This document shows positions 26,924 to 36,466 of a stretch of 64,000 nucleotides of DNA, in pieces. The stretch is from Bacteroidales bacterium (GTDB lineage Bacteria; Bacteroidota; Bacteroidia; Bacteroidales; UBA3663), in contig JAZRXX010000055.1 in assembly GCA_045600485.1 (NCBI GenBank), positions 7,293-71,292 of the forward strand, in the 5' to 3' direction. Under the pieces are notes generated by a model that was not told the origin of the DNA, did no database searches, and saw only the letters and a program-made list of their open reading frames with translations. Numbering within the stretch: position 1 is the stretch's first letter; the number at the start of each line of letters is the position of its first letter. The translations under genes were made by a program, and so were the position numbers.

Positions 26924-28672
26924 TTATTTCACGATGGCATCCAACCAGCCAATGAACGAGAAGAGACCAGCCTGCCAGTTGATGGCAATCTCGTTCGAGG
27001 CATAAGACTCAGTCTTGTCGAGATATGACTCGTCGGGCAAGTTCGATGGATAACCTTCGCAATGATCCTGCTGCCCGGCATTTGGTCCACCAGCCAGGAA
27101 GCCAGGAATCGGATCTTCGATACCGTCGGCGGCAGAGATACGGTGATGAGGGTTCATGACAGGTTTCTGTCCGAAGCTGGTAACATAGCAATAACCGGTA
27201 GCATTACGTCCGAGGAGATAATCTGCCACCTTGAGCGCACTCTTCAGATACTTGTCCTCGCTGGTCATGCGATAAGCGAAGAGGAGGGAGAGTCCCTTGC
27301 CACATCCAGACTCAGCCAGACAACCCCAACCGAAATCCTGAGGGATATTTCCGTAAGGAGAATCATAGCAAGAGGTCTCCTGCATAGCAACAAGTGAGTC
27401 GCAGTAGGCGAGAATCTTGTTGGTGAAACGGTTGCCCAGACGGTCAGCATCCTGCGAGAATCCGTAAGTCTGCTGTACGAGCCATCCCATCATGCCAAGG
27501 CCATAGACGTTGCCCCAGGTCGGAAGCGTATATTCTTTGGGAGCATAGCTGGCAGCCGCATTGAGGTATAGCGTCTTGCCAGTGGTGAAATAGAGTTCGG
27601 AAGCCGCCCAGAAGAATTCATCCTTGAAGAAGCCGTCGCCATACTCACCGGTGCTGACTTTGGGAGAGAACTTTTCGTTCATGTCTTGCTGTCGATAGGC
27701 CACTTCTGGGTGTCTTTGTGCCCATTTGTAGGCATCGATGGCTGCCTTCTGTGCCTGTTCTGCAAAATCGGCATATTCCTCATATTCTTTATATATACGC
27801 GAGGCGAGAGCCATTGTTGCTGCAAAATCGAGAGAAGCGGCAGTTCCTTTTGCGACAACGTAGCGTGGCTGATGGCATTCTGCCGGCATTACAAAGGCTT
27901 CGAAGTTGGGGGTTGTCAGCTTGTGATAGACACCTCCATCCGAAGGATCCTGCATTGTCAGCATCCACTTCAGGTTACAGTATATTTCGTCCAATACATC
28001 GGGAGTTGCATTGTTGCTCTCGGGGATGTTGAGGTTAAGGGACTTGAAATAGTCAGGGCACAACTGGTACACGGTCAGCATCTCACCGATTGTGAAGCCG
28101 GAATTGACGATATACTTGTTGAAATCGCCGGCGTCGTACCAACCACCAGCCGAAGAGATGACTGTTCCTTCTGGACGCTCTTTGGTGGCAGCACTTGCAT
28201 GTACCAACACTTCAGTGTCTGGATGAGCTGCCGGACGAGTCCACTTGCCGGCATACTGTCCTTCGATCGCTTCACCTGTACGTTGGTAGTAGAACGACTT
28301 GATGGCAGCAATGGCAAGATTGTGCAACGGACGTTCAGCAATTACAAATTCCTTGCTATATGGCTTGGCATCGATGATATACCTGCCAGGTTGGGTAATA
28401 GAACTGAAGTCGATAATCTGACGAGGATTCGGGTTCCAGATACCGGTGCTGGTACGGATAGCTTCGCCTTCCCAAACCACCTCTTTGGTATCGGCATTCA
28501 GGATGCGGTAACTGGAGCGAGACGCTTCGTCTTCGATGGTCGCGGTTTTAGACTGGGTGGCATAGTAACCCACCTGATTGATGCGGATTGGATCTGCATC
28601 TGGATTGAACGGCTTGTCCGTAGAGCATGCTGTAAGCAGCACAGCGCTCAAGGTAATTGATAAATTTTTCAT
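26924..28672 (-). CDS. Glycoside hydrolase family 9 endoglucanase-like lipoprotein
   Basis: Met at 28672 gives MKNLSITLSAVLLTAC-STD (lipobox). The GH9 motifs are GGWYDAGDFNKY, ...HHRIS.., and a C-terminal YASNEIAINWQA. The ORF extension up to 28987 runs through repeat DNA and is not credible. Confidence 0.88.
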   Translation of the reverse strand: MKNLSITLSAVLLTACSTDKPFNPDADPIRINQVGYYATQSKTATIEDEASRSSYRILNADTKEVVWEGEAIRTSTGIWNPNPRQIIDFSSITQPGRYIIDAKPYSKEFVIAERPLHNLAIAAIKSFYYQRTGEAIEGQYAGKWTRPAAHPDTEVLVHASAATKERPEGTVISSAGGWYDAGDFNKYIVNSGFTIGEMLTVYQLCPDYFKSLNLNIPESNNATPDVLDEIYCNLKWMLTMQDPSDGGVYHKLTTPNFEAFVMPAECHQPRYVVAKGTAASLDFAATMALASRIYKEYEEYADFAEQAQKAAIDAYKWAQRHPEVAYRQQDMNEKFSPKVSTGEYGDGFFKDEFFWAASELYFTTGKTLYLNAAASYAPKEYTLPTWGNVYGLGMMGWLVQQTYGFSQDADRLGNRFTNKILAYCDSLVAMQETSCYDSPYGNIPQDFGWGCLAESGCGKGLSLLFAYRMTSEDKYLKSALKVADYLLGRNATGYCYVTSFGQKPVMNPHHRISAADGIEDPIPGFLAGGPNAGQQDHCEGYPSNLPDESYLDKTESYASNEIAINWQAGLFSFIGWLDAIVK

Positions 28673-28709
28673 GTTTAATATGATTAAATTTTGTAACCCT
28701 AGCGATAAG

Positions 28710-28812
28710 CCCTCGGGTGACCCCTCGGGAACGGTGGCGATAGACAATAAACGATAATCGCTAAATCGAGCATCGCTAAATCGAGCATCGCTAAATCGTG
28801 CATCGCTAATCG
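28710..28812. repeat. Intergenic word repeats: ccctcgggtgacccctcgggaacggtggcga, then 3.5 copies of a 14-bp unit catcgctaaatcga
   Basis: Read directly from the sequence. The right end overlaps the stop codon of the 972-aa TPR gene. The left part is 29/30 identical to 29931..29960 inside that gene. Confidence 0.9.
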
Positions 28813-31724
28813 CCATAGGTCTCTTGCACCCATTGGAAATAGTCTTCGAAAGTGCGGCCACCCAAGAGGGCGCGGAAGTTTGGTTCGTTGATGTCAATCT
28901 GAATGATACCATCCGGCAGATCCAGCGTCTGTGAACGGTCCATGCGGTCATGATAATTGAGTAGCTCATCCAAGTTGTTGAATCCACGGATCACGAGTAC
29001 CGATAGACCACCACCCGTATCGATGATTTCGAGGTCGAAGTCTCGTACCAGATAGTTTTCGAAATTGAATTTGGCGATTTCGAAGAGCAGATCGTTCTGG
29101 TTGAGACTATCGGTCGGGAAGGTGAGCAACAGCAGGTGAGGGGCATTGTCATCATCCACAAACATCTGTGTTGTGTCGATGGCAGAACTGTCGCTGGCCA
29201 GATGGAGAGAGGCACCCCACATCATACCACGTGTCACTTCGCCCGATTGTACGTTTCGGCCTTCGTGAAGACCTTTGACCATCAGGCTGGCCAATGGTGA
29301 AACATCGCTTTCCGGATAGGTAGCGGTGAGTTGTTCCAACGTCTCCTGAAATGCCTTTGTGTCACCCTCTTGTACGTAGCTGAGAGCATGCAGGAAAATG
29401 AACTTCGGCATCAGGTTCGAAAGTGGCCATTTGTCGTGTACAAAGAAGTAGGAGTTGTGGACCTGCTCTGCCTCTCCTTGCAGATAAGAGGCGTATGTCC
29501 GGATGTAGAGAGAGTCCTGTCCCTTGACCATATCACGCATGTTCTGCAGGTAGTTAGGATCGGCCAACGCAATACCGTAGGCAGACTCCGGGAAGGTATC
29601 GATAAGCTTCTTCTTGTAGATTTCGGCATTGGCCAGATCGTTCATGCGCATATACATCAAGAAGATGGCGTAGTAGCTCTCTAATCTGTAAACGGACTCC
29701 GGATAGCGTTTCTCCATGTCGAGGAAGGTTCGGATCGAGAGAGGGAAGTTTTCCAGCTTTTCGTCGATGATTTTTGCCTCGTTATACAATCCCTCTTCGA
29801 TGAGTTGGTTGGCATTGGCAACCTCCTCTTCGGTGCGAGGAATCTGGCTCAGGTAGTATGCGCGTTTGTGCGGGTCTTTGGCCTCCTCCTCGTTGTAGGC
29901 AGGGGAGGCCTCGGTCATGGAGGTGCTTTGACCCTCGGGTAACCCCTCGGGAACGGTGGCATTCAGACCCTCGGGAACGGTGGCGATTGTCGATTCGCGA
30001 TTAGAGTTGTTCCCGTTGGTCACGTCCCCTTCGGGGTTAGGGTTATCGTTAGGGTTATCGTTATCGTCTTCATTGTCGTCATTGAAGGCAATGGTTTCCG
30101 TCTTGTTTCGACGACGCCAGTTGTCTTCCGGTTTACGCGAGCCCCACTTGCGCTGGAACTCAGATTTGCCCTGACTGATGACGCTTGGGTTGTAGAAATA
30201 CCACGATTTGTCGGTTTGTCCGACGGTTGGAGCAGTCTCCTTTTGTGCCAATGGATCCACATTTTGTGACTTCCGGTCCTCATAGGCAGCGAGAGCCTCC
30301 TTTTCGGCTTCCTCCTTTTCCTTTTTAATCAGTTCCTTGATGATATTATCAATCACCTTGTTCAATTCCGTTTCGGACAAGGTTGCCAGGTGGAGCAGGC
30401 TGTCTTGCAACTGTACCGTTTCGGCATGTGTCTGCAGTTCGTCCAATACAGCCGAAAGTTGTTTGATCTCTTCGTAGCCCTTGAAGTCATCTTTGATGAT
30501 TCCCATGGCAACCGAATAGGCTTTTTGCGCACGGACATAGTCACCACGACCGAAAGTGAGTTCGCCCAATGCCAGCGCGGCAGTAGCCTTCTCCATTCCA
30601 TTGCGGGTGCTCTTTTCGATTGCCTGTTCGTATCGTTCGATGGCTTTGGCAGTGTCTTTGCGCATCAGCGATACTTCGGCCAAAGCGGTGTAGATCTGGT
30701 CCTGATACTCTTCGTTGCGCGCCTGATGACGCAGGAAGTTCAGCTTTCGCTCTACCTGGCTGAGTTGCTTGGGCGAGATGCTTTTCCCCTCTTGCTGGTG
30801 AGTCAGGACACGGATGCGTGCCAGTCGGGCATTGAATTGGGTCTTGTAGTCGCGAGCCTGACGGACAATACGGTTATAAGTCTTGGCAGCATCTGTATAA
30901 TGGCCGTATTCTTCGTTCAATTGAGCAACGAAGAAATCGGCGCGTATGCGCTGTACTTTGGTTTGGAATCCTCGGCGAGCCTTGTTCAAGTAGGGGATAG
31001 CCTCTGCTTCGCGACTTTCGTCGAGCAAGATAATCTCGGCCAAAGCCAGGCTGAAGAGTCTTTGCAAGCGCAAAGGCAACTGGTAGTAATAATCCACTCT
31101 TGAGAGTTCTTCCTGATTCTTGTATTTTTTGCTGGCGATGACCTGTTCCAGTTCCGTTTCGGCAGCAAAGCGATTGCCTTGTACCGCCTGGATTCTGGCC
31201 ATCCAGATATGGCTTTCGTCTATTGCCAACTGTTTCCACCAGAAGTGGCGGACAATATAGTTGAATGTAGATTGGGCTCCGTCGAAGTCACCATTGTAGA
31301 ACTGGGCACGTCCTGACAGGAGCCAGGCATTGTGCATGTAGGGATTATATTCCTCACGTTTGAGCCATAGTTTGTACTCAGGAGTAGCCTCTTTGTGTCG
31401 TTTGGGTTTGGCATTGATGCTTTTCGTCTGGACACACTTCTTGCATTTCTCGATGGCAGCGTCGAATGACGAAGTCGGTTGTTTGCCGACCAGATCATAA
31501 ACAGGATGGAGTTCGAGCCGATGCGAATAATCATCTTTCGTGGTGTTTTCCTCCATGCTCTTCAGGCTTTGCTTGTAGGCCTCCTCTCCATTGAAGTGGA
31601 TGTTGTACTTGGTCGTCAGACCAGCAATGCCACGATTCAGTTTTGTGTTCGACTTGCATGCCGAAAGCAGTCCTACCGTTAGCAGGACAGCTCCAATCAT
31701 ATATGCAAGTCGGAATTGTTTCAT
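28806..31724 (-). CDS. Large TPR-repeat lipoprotein (972 aa) with an internal low-complexity insert. A PorW/SprE-like T9SS role is possible but unproven.
   Basis: It has the lipobox MKQFRLAYMIGAVLLTVGLLSAC-KS and multiple TPR-like repeats. The central D/N/P-rich stretch is DDNEDDNDNPNDNPNPEGDVTNGNNSNRESTIATVPEGLNATVPEGLPEG. The T9SS link is only inferred from size, architecture and the T9SS cargo in this window. Confidence 0.8.
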   Translation of the reverse strand: MKQFRLAYMIGAVLLTVGLLSACKSNTKLNRGIAGLTTKYNIHFNGEEAYKQSLKSMEENTTKDDYSHRLELHPVYDLVGKQPTSSFDAAIEKCKKCVQTKSINAKPKRHKEATPEYKLWLKREEYNPYMHNAWLLSGRAQFYNGDFDGAQSTFNYIVRHFWWKQLAIDESHIWMARIQAVQGNRFAAETELEQVIASKKYKNQEELSRVDYYYQLPLRLQRLFSLALAEIILLDESREAEAIPYLNKARRGFQTKVQRIRADFFVAQLNEEYGHYTDAAKTYNRIVRQARDYKTQFNARLARIRVLTHQQEGKSISPKQLSQVERKLNFLRHQARNEEYQDQIYTALAEVSLMRKDTAKAIERYEQAIEKSTRNGMEKATAALALGELTFGRGDYVRAQKAYSVAMGIIKDDFKGYEEIKQLSAVLDELQTHAETVQLQDSLLHLATLSETELNKVIDNIIKELIKKEKEEAEKEALAAYEDRKSQNVDPLAQKETAPTVGQTDKSWYFYNPSVISQGKSEFQRKWGSRKPEDNWRRRNKTETIAFNDDNEDDNDNPNDNPNPEGDVTNGNNSNRESTIATVPEGLNATVPEGLPEGQSTSMTEASPAYNEEEAKDPHKRAYYLSQIPRTEEEVANANQLIEEGLYNEAKIIDEKLENFPLSIRTFLDMEKRYPESVYRLESYYAIFLMYMRMNDLANAEIYKKKLIDTFPESAYGIALADPNYLQNMRDMVKGQDSLYIRTYASYLQGEAEQVHNSYFFVHDKWPLSNLMPKFIFLHALSYVQEGDTKAFQETLEQLTATYPESDVSPLASLMVKGLHEGRNVQSGEVTRGMMWGASLHLASDSSAIDTTQMFVDDDNAPHLLLLTFPTDSLNQNDLLFEIAKFNFENYLVRDFDLEIIDTGGGLSVLVIRGFNNLDELLNYHDRMDRSQTLDLPDGIIQIDINEPNFRALLGGRTFEDYFQWVQETYGD

Positions 31725-31732
31725 ATTTTTTT

Positions 31733-31800
31733 CGATAACCCTAACGATAACCCTAACCCTAACGAAAATCCTAATCGCTCATCACTCATCGAGCATTGCT
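31733..31800. repeat. Intergenic word repeat (cgataaccctaac x2, ccctaacgaaaatcctaatcgc...)
   Basis: The 25-mer cgataaccctaacgataaccctaac (31733-31757) is exactly repeated, inverted, at 30036-30060 inside the adjacent gene. Confidence 0.9.
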
Positions 31801-32287
31801 AACCTCTTACCTTGTCATTTGAGTGATCTCCTTCCGAAGTGACACTTTGGAATCTGCGTTCACGAACCACCAGCAGCACCTCGTCCTTGAGGTCCTCCGG
31901 AAGTTCAAGTCCACGAAGTTGCAGCGAACGGCACCAGCCTGCCACTTCCACCTCTTTCAGTTCGTAGAAGATTTGTGCGAACTGTTCTGTCTGTTCAGGA
32001 GTATATTCATCGGATGCAATTCCCTTGAAGGCATCCAGCTCTTCGTCGTCGTAATAGATAATATCTTTCGATACAGCTGCCAGGAGCGAATCTCGTTCGC
32101 AGGTGGCATGTTGTCCGCAGCATTCTTCAGGCACCTCTTTGGTCACTTCGAACGGCGAGGTTTCGTCGGGTTTGGCAGTTCCCTCTTCCACGCGTTTTTC
32201 GTAGCGTTTGTGTCCGATGAGAGAGAGGCCGAACACAAGCAAAGCCAGTCCTCCAAGAAGCACCAACAGATAAAGCACGATAACCAT
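31799..32287 (-). CDS. Small membrane-anchored protein with a Cys motif (CCGQHATCE), function unknown
   Basis: It has the N-terminal TM helix MVIVLYLLVLLGGLALLVFGLSLI followed by an acidic soluble domain. It is on the same strand and tightly packed after aroA. Confidence 0.65.
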   Translation of the reverse strand: MVIVLYLLVLLGGLALLVFGLSLIGHKRYEKRVEEGTAKPDETSPFEVTKEVPEECCGQHATCERDSLLAAVSKDIIYYDDEELDAFKGIASDEYTPEQTEQFAQIFYELKEVEVAGWCRSLQLRGLELPEDLKDEVLLVVRERRFQSVTSEGDHSNDKVRG

Positions 32288-32296
32288 AAGCGTTGA

Positions 32297-33787
32297 TTAG
32301 AAATAGTGTATGAATGCCAGGATGACGAGTATGATCAAAGAGGCAAAAATGATTAACAATGTATTGAGTATGATCTTGGCCTTGTGTCGGGTGTAGGCTG
32401 CGCGGGCAATCGACTGCTGTCTGCTCGTACGGAACTCGGCTGGCTCCTTGTCGATTTGAGAAATGTCCATTAGGGCCAGTTGCATATCTTTCCAGAAGGT
32501 AGGGTATGACTTGCTCACAACCTCTGGGCGGTTGATGTAGAGCACATCGCAGTCGGCTACACCACCTTCCAGTTCCATGCCGTAGGTCTTGAACATTGTG
32601 ATGGCAAGAGGAGCAAAGGCCATGGCCATGCGATGGTCCTCGTAGGTGTCGATGATGGCAGCATCCTCCTTCTCGCACCTTTCTCCCTCCCAGTACATCT
32701 CGTCGTCTCCCTTGGCTTGTACAATGAAGCCACACTTCTTCAGCTCGTTCTGTAGCGCCGATATACGGTCGGTTTCCTTGATGCGTAGCGTGTGCAGTCC
32801 TTTGATGCGGAATGGGATTTCGAGAGCACATAAGGTGACAACGAGAGTTTGTGCCAGGTCCGGTTGGCTGGCCAGATTCCATTCGATGCGTTTCGGTATC
32901 TCTTTATCGACCAGAGTCAGTACAGCCCCTTCGCTGTTGAATGTGGTGCAGACGCCCAGTTCTTCGAAATACTTGGCAATGGCACAATCGCCTTGCAGAG
33001 AATTGGGTTGCAGTCCCAATAGGGTAATCTTGCGCAGCGTGTTGTCGTCCGTTTCTGTCTTGGTACGGTTGAGGGCTATCATCTCGTACCAATACGACGA
33101 GGCGCTCCAGTCACTCTCGACAGCATAGGATTGAGCGCGATAGCTCTGTGGTTCTACTTCGATGAAACTGTCTTTGAAACTGCTCTTCACACCAAACTGC
33201 TCCATCATGGCAAGTGTCATTTCGATATACGGACGGCTGGTGACCTGTCCGGCCAGGAACAGCTGCAGACCTTGGTTCAGAGTTGGTGCCACCATCAGCA
33301 AAGCCGAAATATATTGGCTCGAAGTGCTGCCGTCGATGGTCAGTTTTCCACCCTCTAACTTCTTGCCTCTGATGCGTAGTGGTGGATAACCTTCGTTTTC
33401 GGCATATTCGATATCTGCACCCAACGACTGCAGTGCCTCGACCAGGATCTTGATCGGGCGTTGTTTCATGCGTTCGCTTCCGGTCAGGAGGATATCAGCG
33501 CCCGGACGGGTGGCATAGTAGGCCGTCAGGAATCGCATCGAGGTTCCGGCTGCGCCGATGTTCACCTCGCGGGGGGCTTCGGCGGACGCCGAAGGAACGG
33601 TGGCTGGAGCGAAGGCATTGAGCATCACGCGGGTGTCATCACAATCGCTGAGATGCGATAGCTCACAATTCTCCTCGCATAGTGCCTTGAGGATCAAAGC
33701 GCGGTTCGATAGACTCTTGGAGGCTGGTAGGTCAATACGCACCTCTTCTGCCAGATTGCCTGCAAATAACTGATAGATCATTTTCAA
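32297..33787 (-). CDS. aroA: 3-phosphoshikimate 1-carboxyvinyltransferase (EPSP synthase) with an unusual ~65-aa C-terminal extension ending in a TM helix
   Basis: It has LPASKSLSNRALIL, AAGTSMRFLTAY, LRIKETDRISAL and DHRMAMAF. The extension begins after ...SYPTFWKDM and ends IILNTLLIIFASLIILVILAFIHYF. Confidence 0.9.
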   Translation of the reverse strand: MKMIYQLFAGNLAEEVRIDLPASKSLSNRALILKALCEENCELSHLSDCDDTRVMLNAFAPATVPSASAEAPREVNIGAAGTSMRFLTAYYATRPGADILLTGSERMKQRPIKILVEALQSLGADIEYAENEGYPPLRIRGKKLEGGKLTIDGSTSSQYISALLMVAPTLNQGLQLFLAGQVTSRPYIEMTLAMMEQFGVKSSFKDSFIEVEPQSYRAQSYAVESDWSASSYWYEMIALNRTKTETDDNTLRKITLLGLQPNSLQGDCAIAKYFEELGVCTTFNSEGAVLTLVDKEIPKRIEWNLASQPDLAQTLVVTLCALEIPFRIKGLHTLRIKETDRISALQNELKKCGFIVQAKGDDEMYWEGERCEKEDAAIIDTYEDHRMAMAFAPLAITMFKTYGMELEGGVADCDVLYINRPEVVSKSYPTFWKDMQLALMDISQIDKEPAEFRTSRQQSIARAAYTRHKAKIILNTLLIIFASLIILVILAFIHYF

Positions 33788-33789
33788 GT

Positions 33790-34030
33790 GAAAAATGAAA
33801 AGTGAACAATTTAATAGAAAAGTGAAAAGTGAACAATGAACTCACTCAACAGAAAACTTCATCAATCAAGAGAAAAGAGCAAAGTGAACAATGAACCCAC
33901 TCTGCAGAAAACTTCACTAATCAAGAGAAAAGTGAACAATGAACTCACTCTGCAGAAAACTTCACCAATCAACTCAAAACTAAAAACTAAAAACTCAAAA
34001 CTAAAAACTGCAAACTAAAAACTGCAAACC
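33790..34030. repeat. Composite repeat: three ~48-57-bp units (gtgaacaatgaac.cactc.gcagaaaacttca..aatcaa...) followed by AAAACT-type heptamers
   Basis: Units start at 33829, 33884 and 33932. The tail caactcaaaactaaaaactaaaaactcaaaactaaaaactgcaaactaaaaactgcaaacc overlaps the pepT stop codon. Confidence 0.9.
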
Positions 34031-35262
34031 ACCAACTTGCAGATATTTACCACGGTCATCATGGCCTTCTCCATGCTCTGGATAGGTACATACTCAAAAC
34101 GACCGTGCATGTTCATGCCACCGGCAAAGATGTTCGGGCAAGGCAGTCCCTTGAACGAAAGCTGAGCGCCGTCGGTGCCACCACGAATCGGCTGGACTTT
34201 CGGAGCAACGCCAGCCTCAAGTATTGCCTGCTTGGCGAGTTCAATGATGCCCGGCAAGTTCTTCTGCTTGTTGGCCTCGTCTGCCTCCTGTACCTTTTCG
34301 AGCATGTTGTAGTATTGATCTTTCAATACCACTTCGCAGCAACCGGGGTGTTGTGAGTTGATGTTCTCGGCAATGGCAAGGATGTTCTGTTTGCGAGCCT
34401 CAAAGAGTTCACGGTTGTGGTCGCGGATGATGTACGACAACTGGGCCGACACAACGCTGCCCGACATGCCGATCAGGTGGTAGAAACCTTCGTAGCCTTC
34501 GGTGTGCTCCGGACGTTCCTCTTCTGGCAACTGCTTGGCAAACTCCATGGCCAACAGAGCTGCATTGACCATCTTGTCCTTGGCTGTGCCTGGGTGTACG
34601 TTGGTTCCCTTGAACGTAATCTTGGCCGATGCGGCATTGAAGTTCTCGAACTCCAGTTCACCCACTTCGCCGCCATCCATGGTGTAGGCCCAGTCGCAAC
34701 CGAACAGTTCGACGTTGAAGTGATGTGCACCCATACCGATCTCTTCGTCAGGATTGAAAGCGATACGCACCTTGCCATGTTTGATTTCTGGATGTTCGCG
34801 CAGATAGAGCATTGCAGAGATGATTTCGGCAATGCCAGCCTTGTCGTCGGCACCGAGCAGTGTAGTTCCGTCGGTTACGATCAAATCTTCGCCTACGTGG
34901 TTCAGCAGTTCAGGGAAGTAGCTGGTCTGCATAACGGTGTCTGCATTCAGCTGGATGTCCTTGCCGTCATAGTTCTTGACAATGCGAGGCTTGACATTCT
35001 TGCCCGATGCATCAGGGGCAGTGTCCATGTGGGCAATGAAGCCGATGGTTGGTACCTGTTCGCAACCAGGGGTGGCAGGCAGAGTGGCATACAGATAGCC
35101 CAGTTCGTCGAGGACTACCTCTTCGAAGTTCAAGCTGACCAGTTCCTCTTTCAATTGTTGGGCAAAGAGCATCTGGGTTGGGGTACTTGGGGTGACCTCA
35201 GTTGTTTCGTTGCTGGTAGTTTCTACCTGCACATATCGCATAAATCTTTCGACTAAATCCAT
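34015..35262 (-). CDS. pepT: Peptidase T (tripeptide aminopeptidase, M20B)
   Basis: It has [26 protein letters not shown] and [12 protein letters not shown]. The ORF is open to 35328 but the alignment-like start is at 35262. Confidence 0.92.
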   Translation of the reverse strand: MDLVERFMRYVQVETTSNETTEVTPSTPTQMLFAQQLKEELVSLNFEEVVLDELGYLYATLPATPGCEQVPTIGFIAHMDTAPDASGKNVKPRIVKNYDGKDIQLNADTVMQTSYFPELLNHVGEDLIVTDGTTLLGADDKAGIAEIISAMLYLREHPEIKHGKVRIAFNPDEEIGMGAHHFNVELFGCDWAYTMDGGEVGELEFENFNAASAKITFKGTNVHPGTAKDKMVNAALLAMEFAKQLPEEERPEHTEGYEGFYHLIGMSGSVVSAQLSYIIRDHNRELFEARKQNILAIAENINSQHPGCCEVVLKDQYYNMLEKVQEADEANKQKNLPGIIELAKQAILEAGVAPKVQPIRGGTDGAQLSFKGLPCPNIFAGGMNMHGRFEYVPIQSMEKAMMTVVNICKLVVCSF

Positions 35263-35301
35263 ATTTTTAGAGAATTGTTTGTTTAATTCGTTTTTTTTAT
35301 C

Positions 35302-35309
35302 TACTTTTG
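35302..35309 (+). promoter_or_regulatory. -7 box (TACTTTTG) upstream of the endonuclease gene
   Basis: It matches TAnnTTTG and lies 57 nt upstream of the ATG at 35366. Confidence 0.45.
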
Positions 35310-35357
35310 CGCCGTGATTATTCTTCACGTGCGCATATCATTTTTAAGAATAACGCG

Positions 35358-35365
35358 CAAATTTA
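35358..35365 (-). promoter_or_regulatory. -7 box (TAAATTTG on the minus strand) upstream of pepT
   Basis: Plus-strand caaattta, in a divergent arrangement with the 35302 box. Confidence 0.4.
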
Positions 35366-36427
35366 ATGATTATTTCTCATTTAAGCAAGTTTAACGTGAC
35401 AAAAATCAAGAATTCTCCCGCAAAAAAGACATCGAAAGGTCGAAAAGGTGGTAAAACTGGGCAAGTCAGTGGTGCTGTTTTGCTCATTGTATTGGTTTTG
35501 TTCGTTGTTGCCTACATCTCGAAGAATATGATGGACAACGAGGTCACACAACCGGAAACTTCGGCAAATAAAGAAATTCCGACTAGTCCGGAACCTTCGG
35601 AAATTCCTGAAAAAAAGGCTCCTTCGATAAAATCAGAAACCCCGGTCAAACAGACAAAATCAACAAAATCGACCACTCCAACCGCTAAGGGCGAATTTCC
35701 TTATGTGCCCGAGCAGGATCTGTTGCCCAAGCTGGAATTCAAATACACCTCGCAGCTCATCAGGCATCTGGGTTATGTGGTTTCGTACAATGCCGACTAT
35801 AAGGTTCCGAATTGGGTGCTTTACGAGTTGAACTATGCCGAGACCTTGGGCAATATCCCACGCAACAATGCCTTTGCAGTCGATCCTGAGGTGCCGGAGA
35901 AGGAGATGGCACAGCTGACCGATTACCGCAACTCCGGCTATGACCGTGGACACATGGCCCCGAATGCCGACCTGAACTGGTCTGTCCAGGCGCAGAACGA
36001 GAGTTTCTATCTCAGCAATATGACACCACAGGGCCATGACTTCAATTCCGGCATCTGGTTGGATCTGGAGAATCAGGTACGCAAGTGGGCCGAACGTGAT
36101 AGTGCCATCACGATTGTGTGCGGACCTGTATTGCCTAAGTCCAAAGCCGAAGCCGACAAGATGAAGAAGATCGGCAAAGGTCGTGTTCTGGTGCCGGAGC
36201 AGTTCTATAAGGTGATATTGGCTCCTTTCCATGGCAAAGTCCGTGCCATCGCCTTCCTGATGCCGAACCACAACGAAAAGGTGGGACGAAAGAATCGTCC
36301 GTTGCAGGAATATGTTGTTACGGTCGATAGTATCGAGTCCCTTACAGGCATCGATTTCTTCCCTGCTTTGCCCGACAAGATCGAAAAGAAGATCGAGTCC
36401 TCCTATAACCTCAAGGATTGGTTCTAA
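35366..36427 (+). CDS. DNA/RNA non-specific endonuclease (NucA/EndoG family), membrane-anchored
   Basis: It has the TM helix GAVLLIVLVLFVVAYI, the catalytic DRGHMAPNAD motif and a downstream N...E region. Confidence 0.88.
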   Translation: MIISHLSKFNVTKIKNSPAKKTSKGRKGGKTGQVSGAVLLIVLVLFVVAYISKNMMDNEVTQPETSANKEIPTSPEPSEIPEKKAPSIKSETPVKQTKSTKSTTPTAKGEFPYVPEQDLLPKLEFKYTSQLIRHLGYVVSYNADYKVPNWVLYELNYAETLGNIPRNNAFAVDPEVPEKEMAQLTDYRNSGYDRGHMAPNADLNWSVQAQNESFYLSNMTPQGHDFNSGIWLDLENQVRKWAERDSAITIVCGPVLPKSKAEADKMKKIGKGRVLVPEQFYKVILAPFHGKVRAIAFLMPNHNEKVGRKNRPLQEYVVTVDSIESLTGIDFFPALPDKIEKKIESSYNLKDWF

Positions 36428-36466
36428 TGTTTAACTTGAATATAGATTATTTTCATCATCATAACT

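Noticed and set aside
28673-28987. A 105-aa N-terminal extension of the GH9 ORF containing DARFSDARFSDARFSD and IATVPEGSPEGL
   Set aside because: The extension is a read-through of intergenic word repeats and overlaps the 3' end of the upstream gene. An internal Met at 28672 gives a canonical lipoprotein signal (MKNLSITLSAVLLTAC).
33836-34018. A 60-aa ORF (MNSLNRKLHQSREKSKVNNEPTLQKTSL...)
   Set aside because: It lies wholly inside the 48-57-bp and heptamer tandem repeats between pepT and aroA, and the peptide is the repeat translated.
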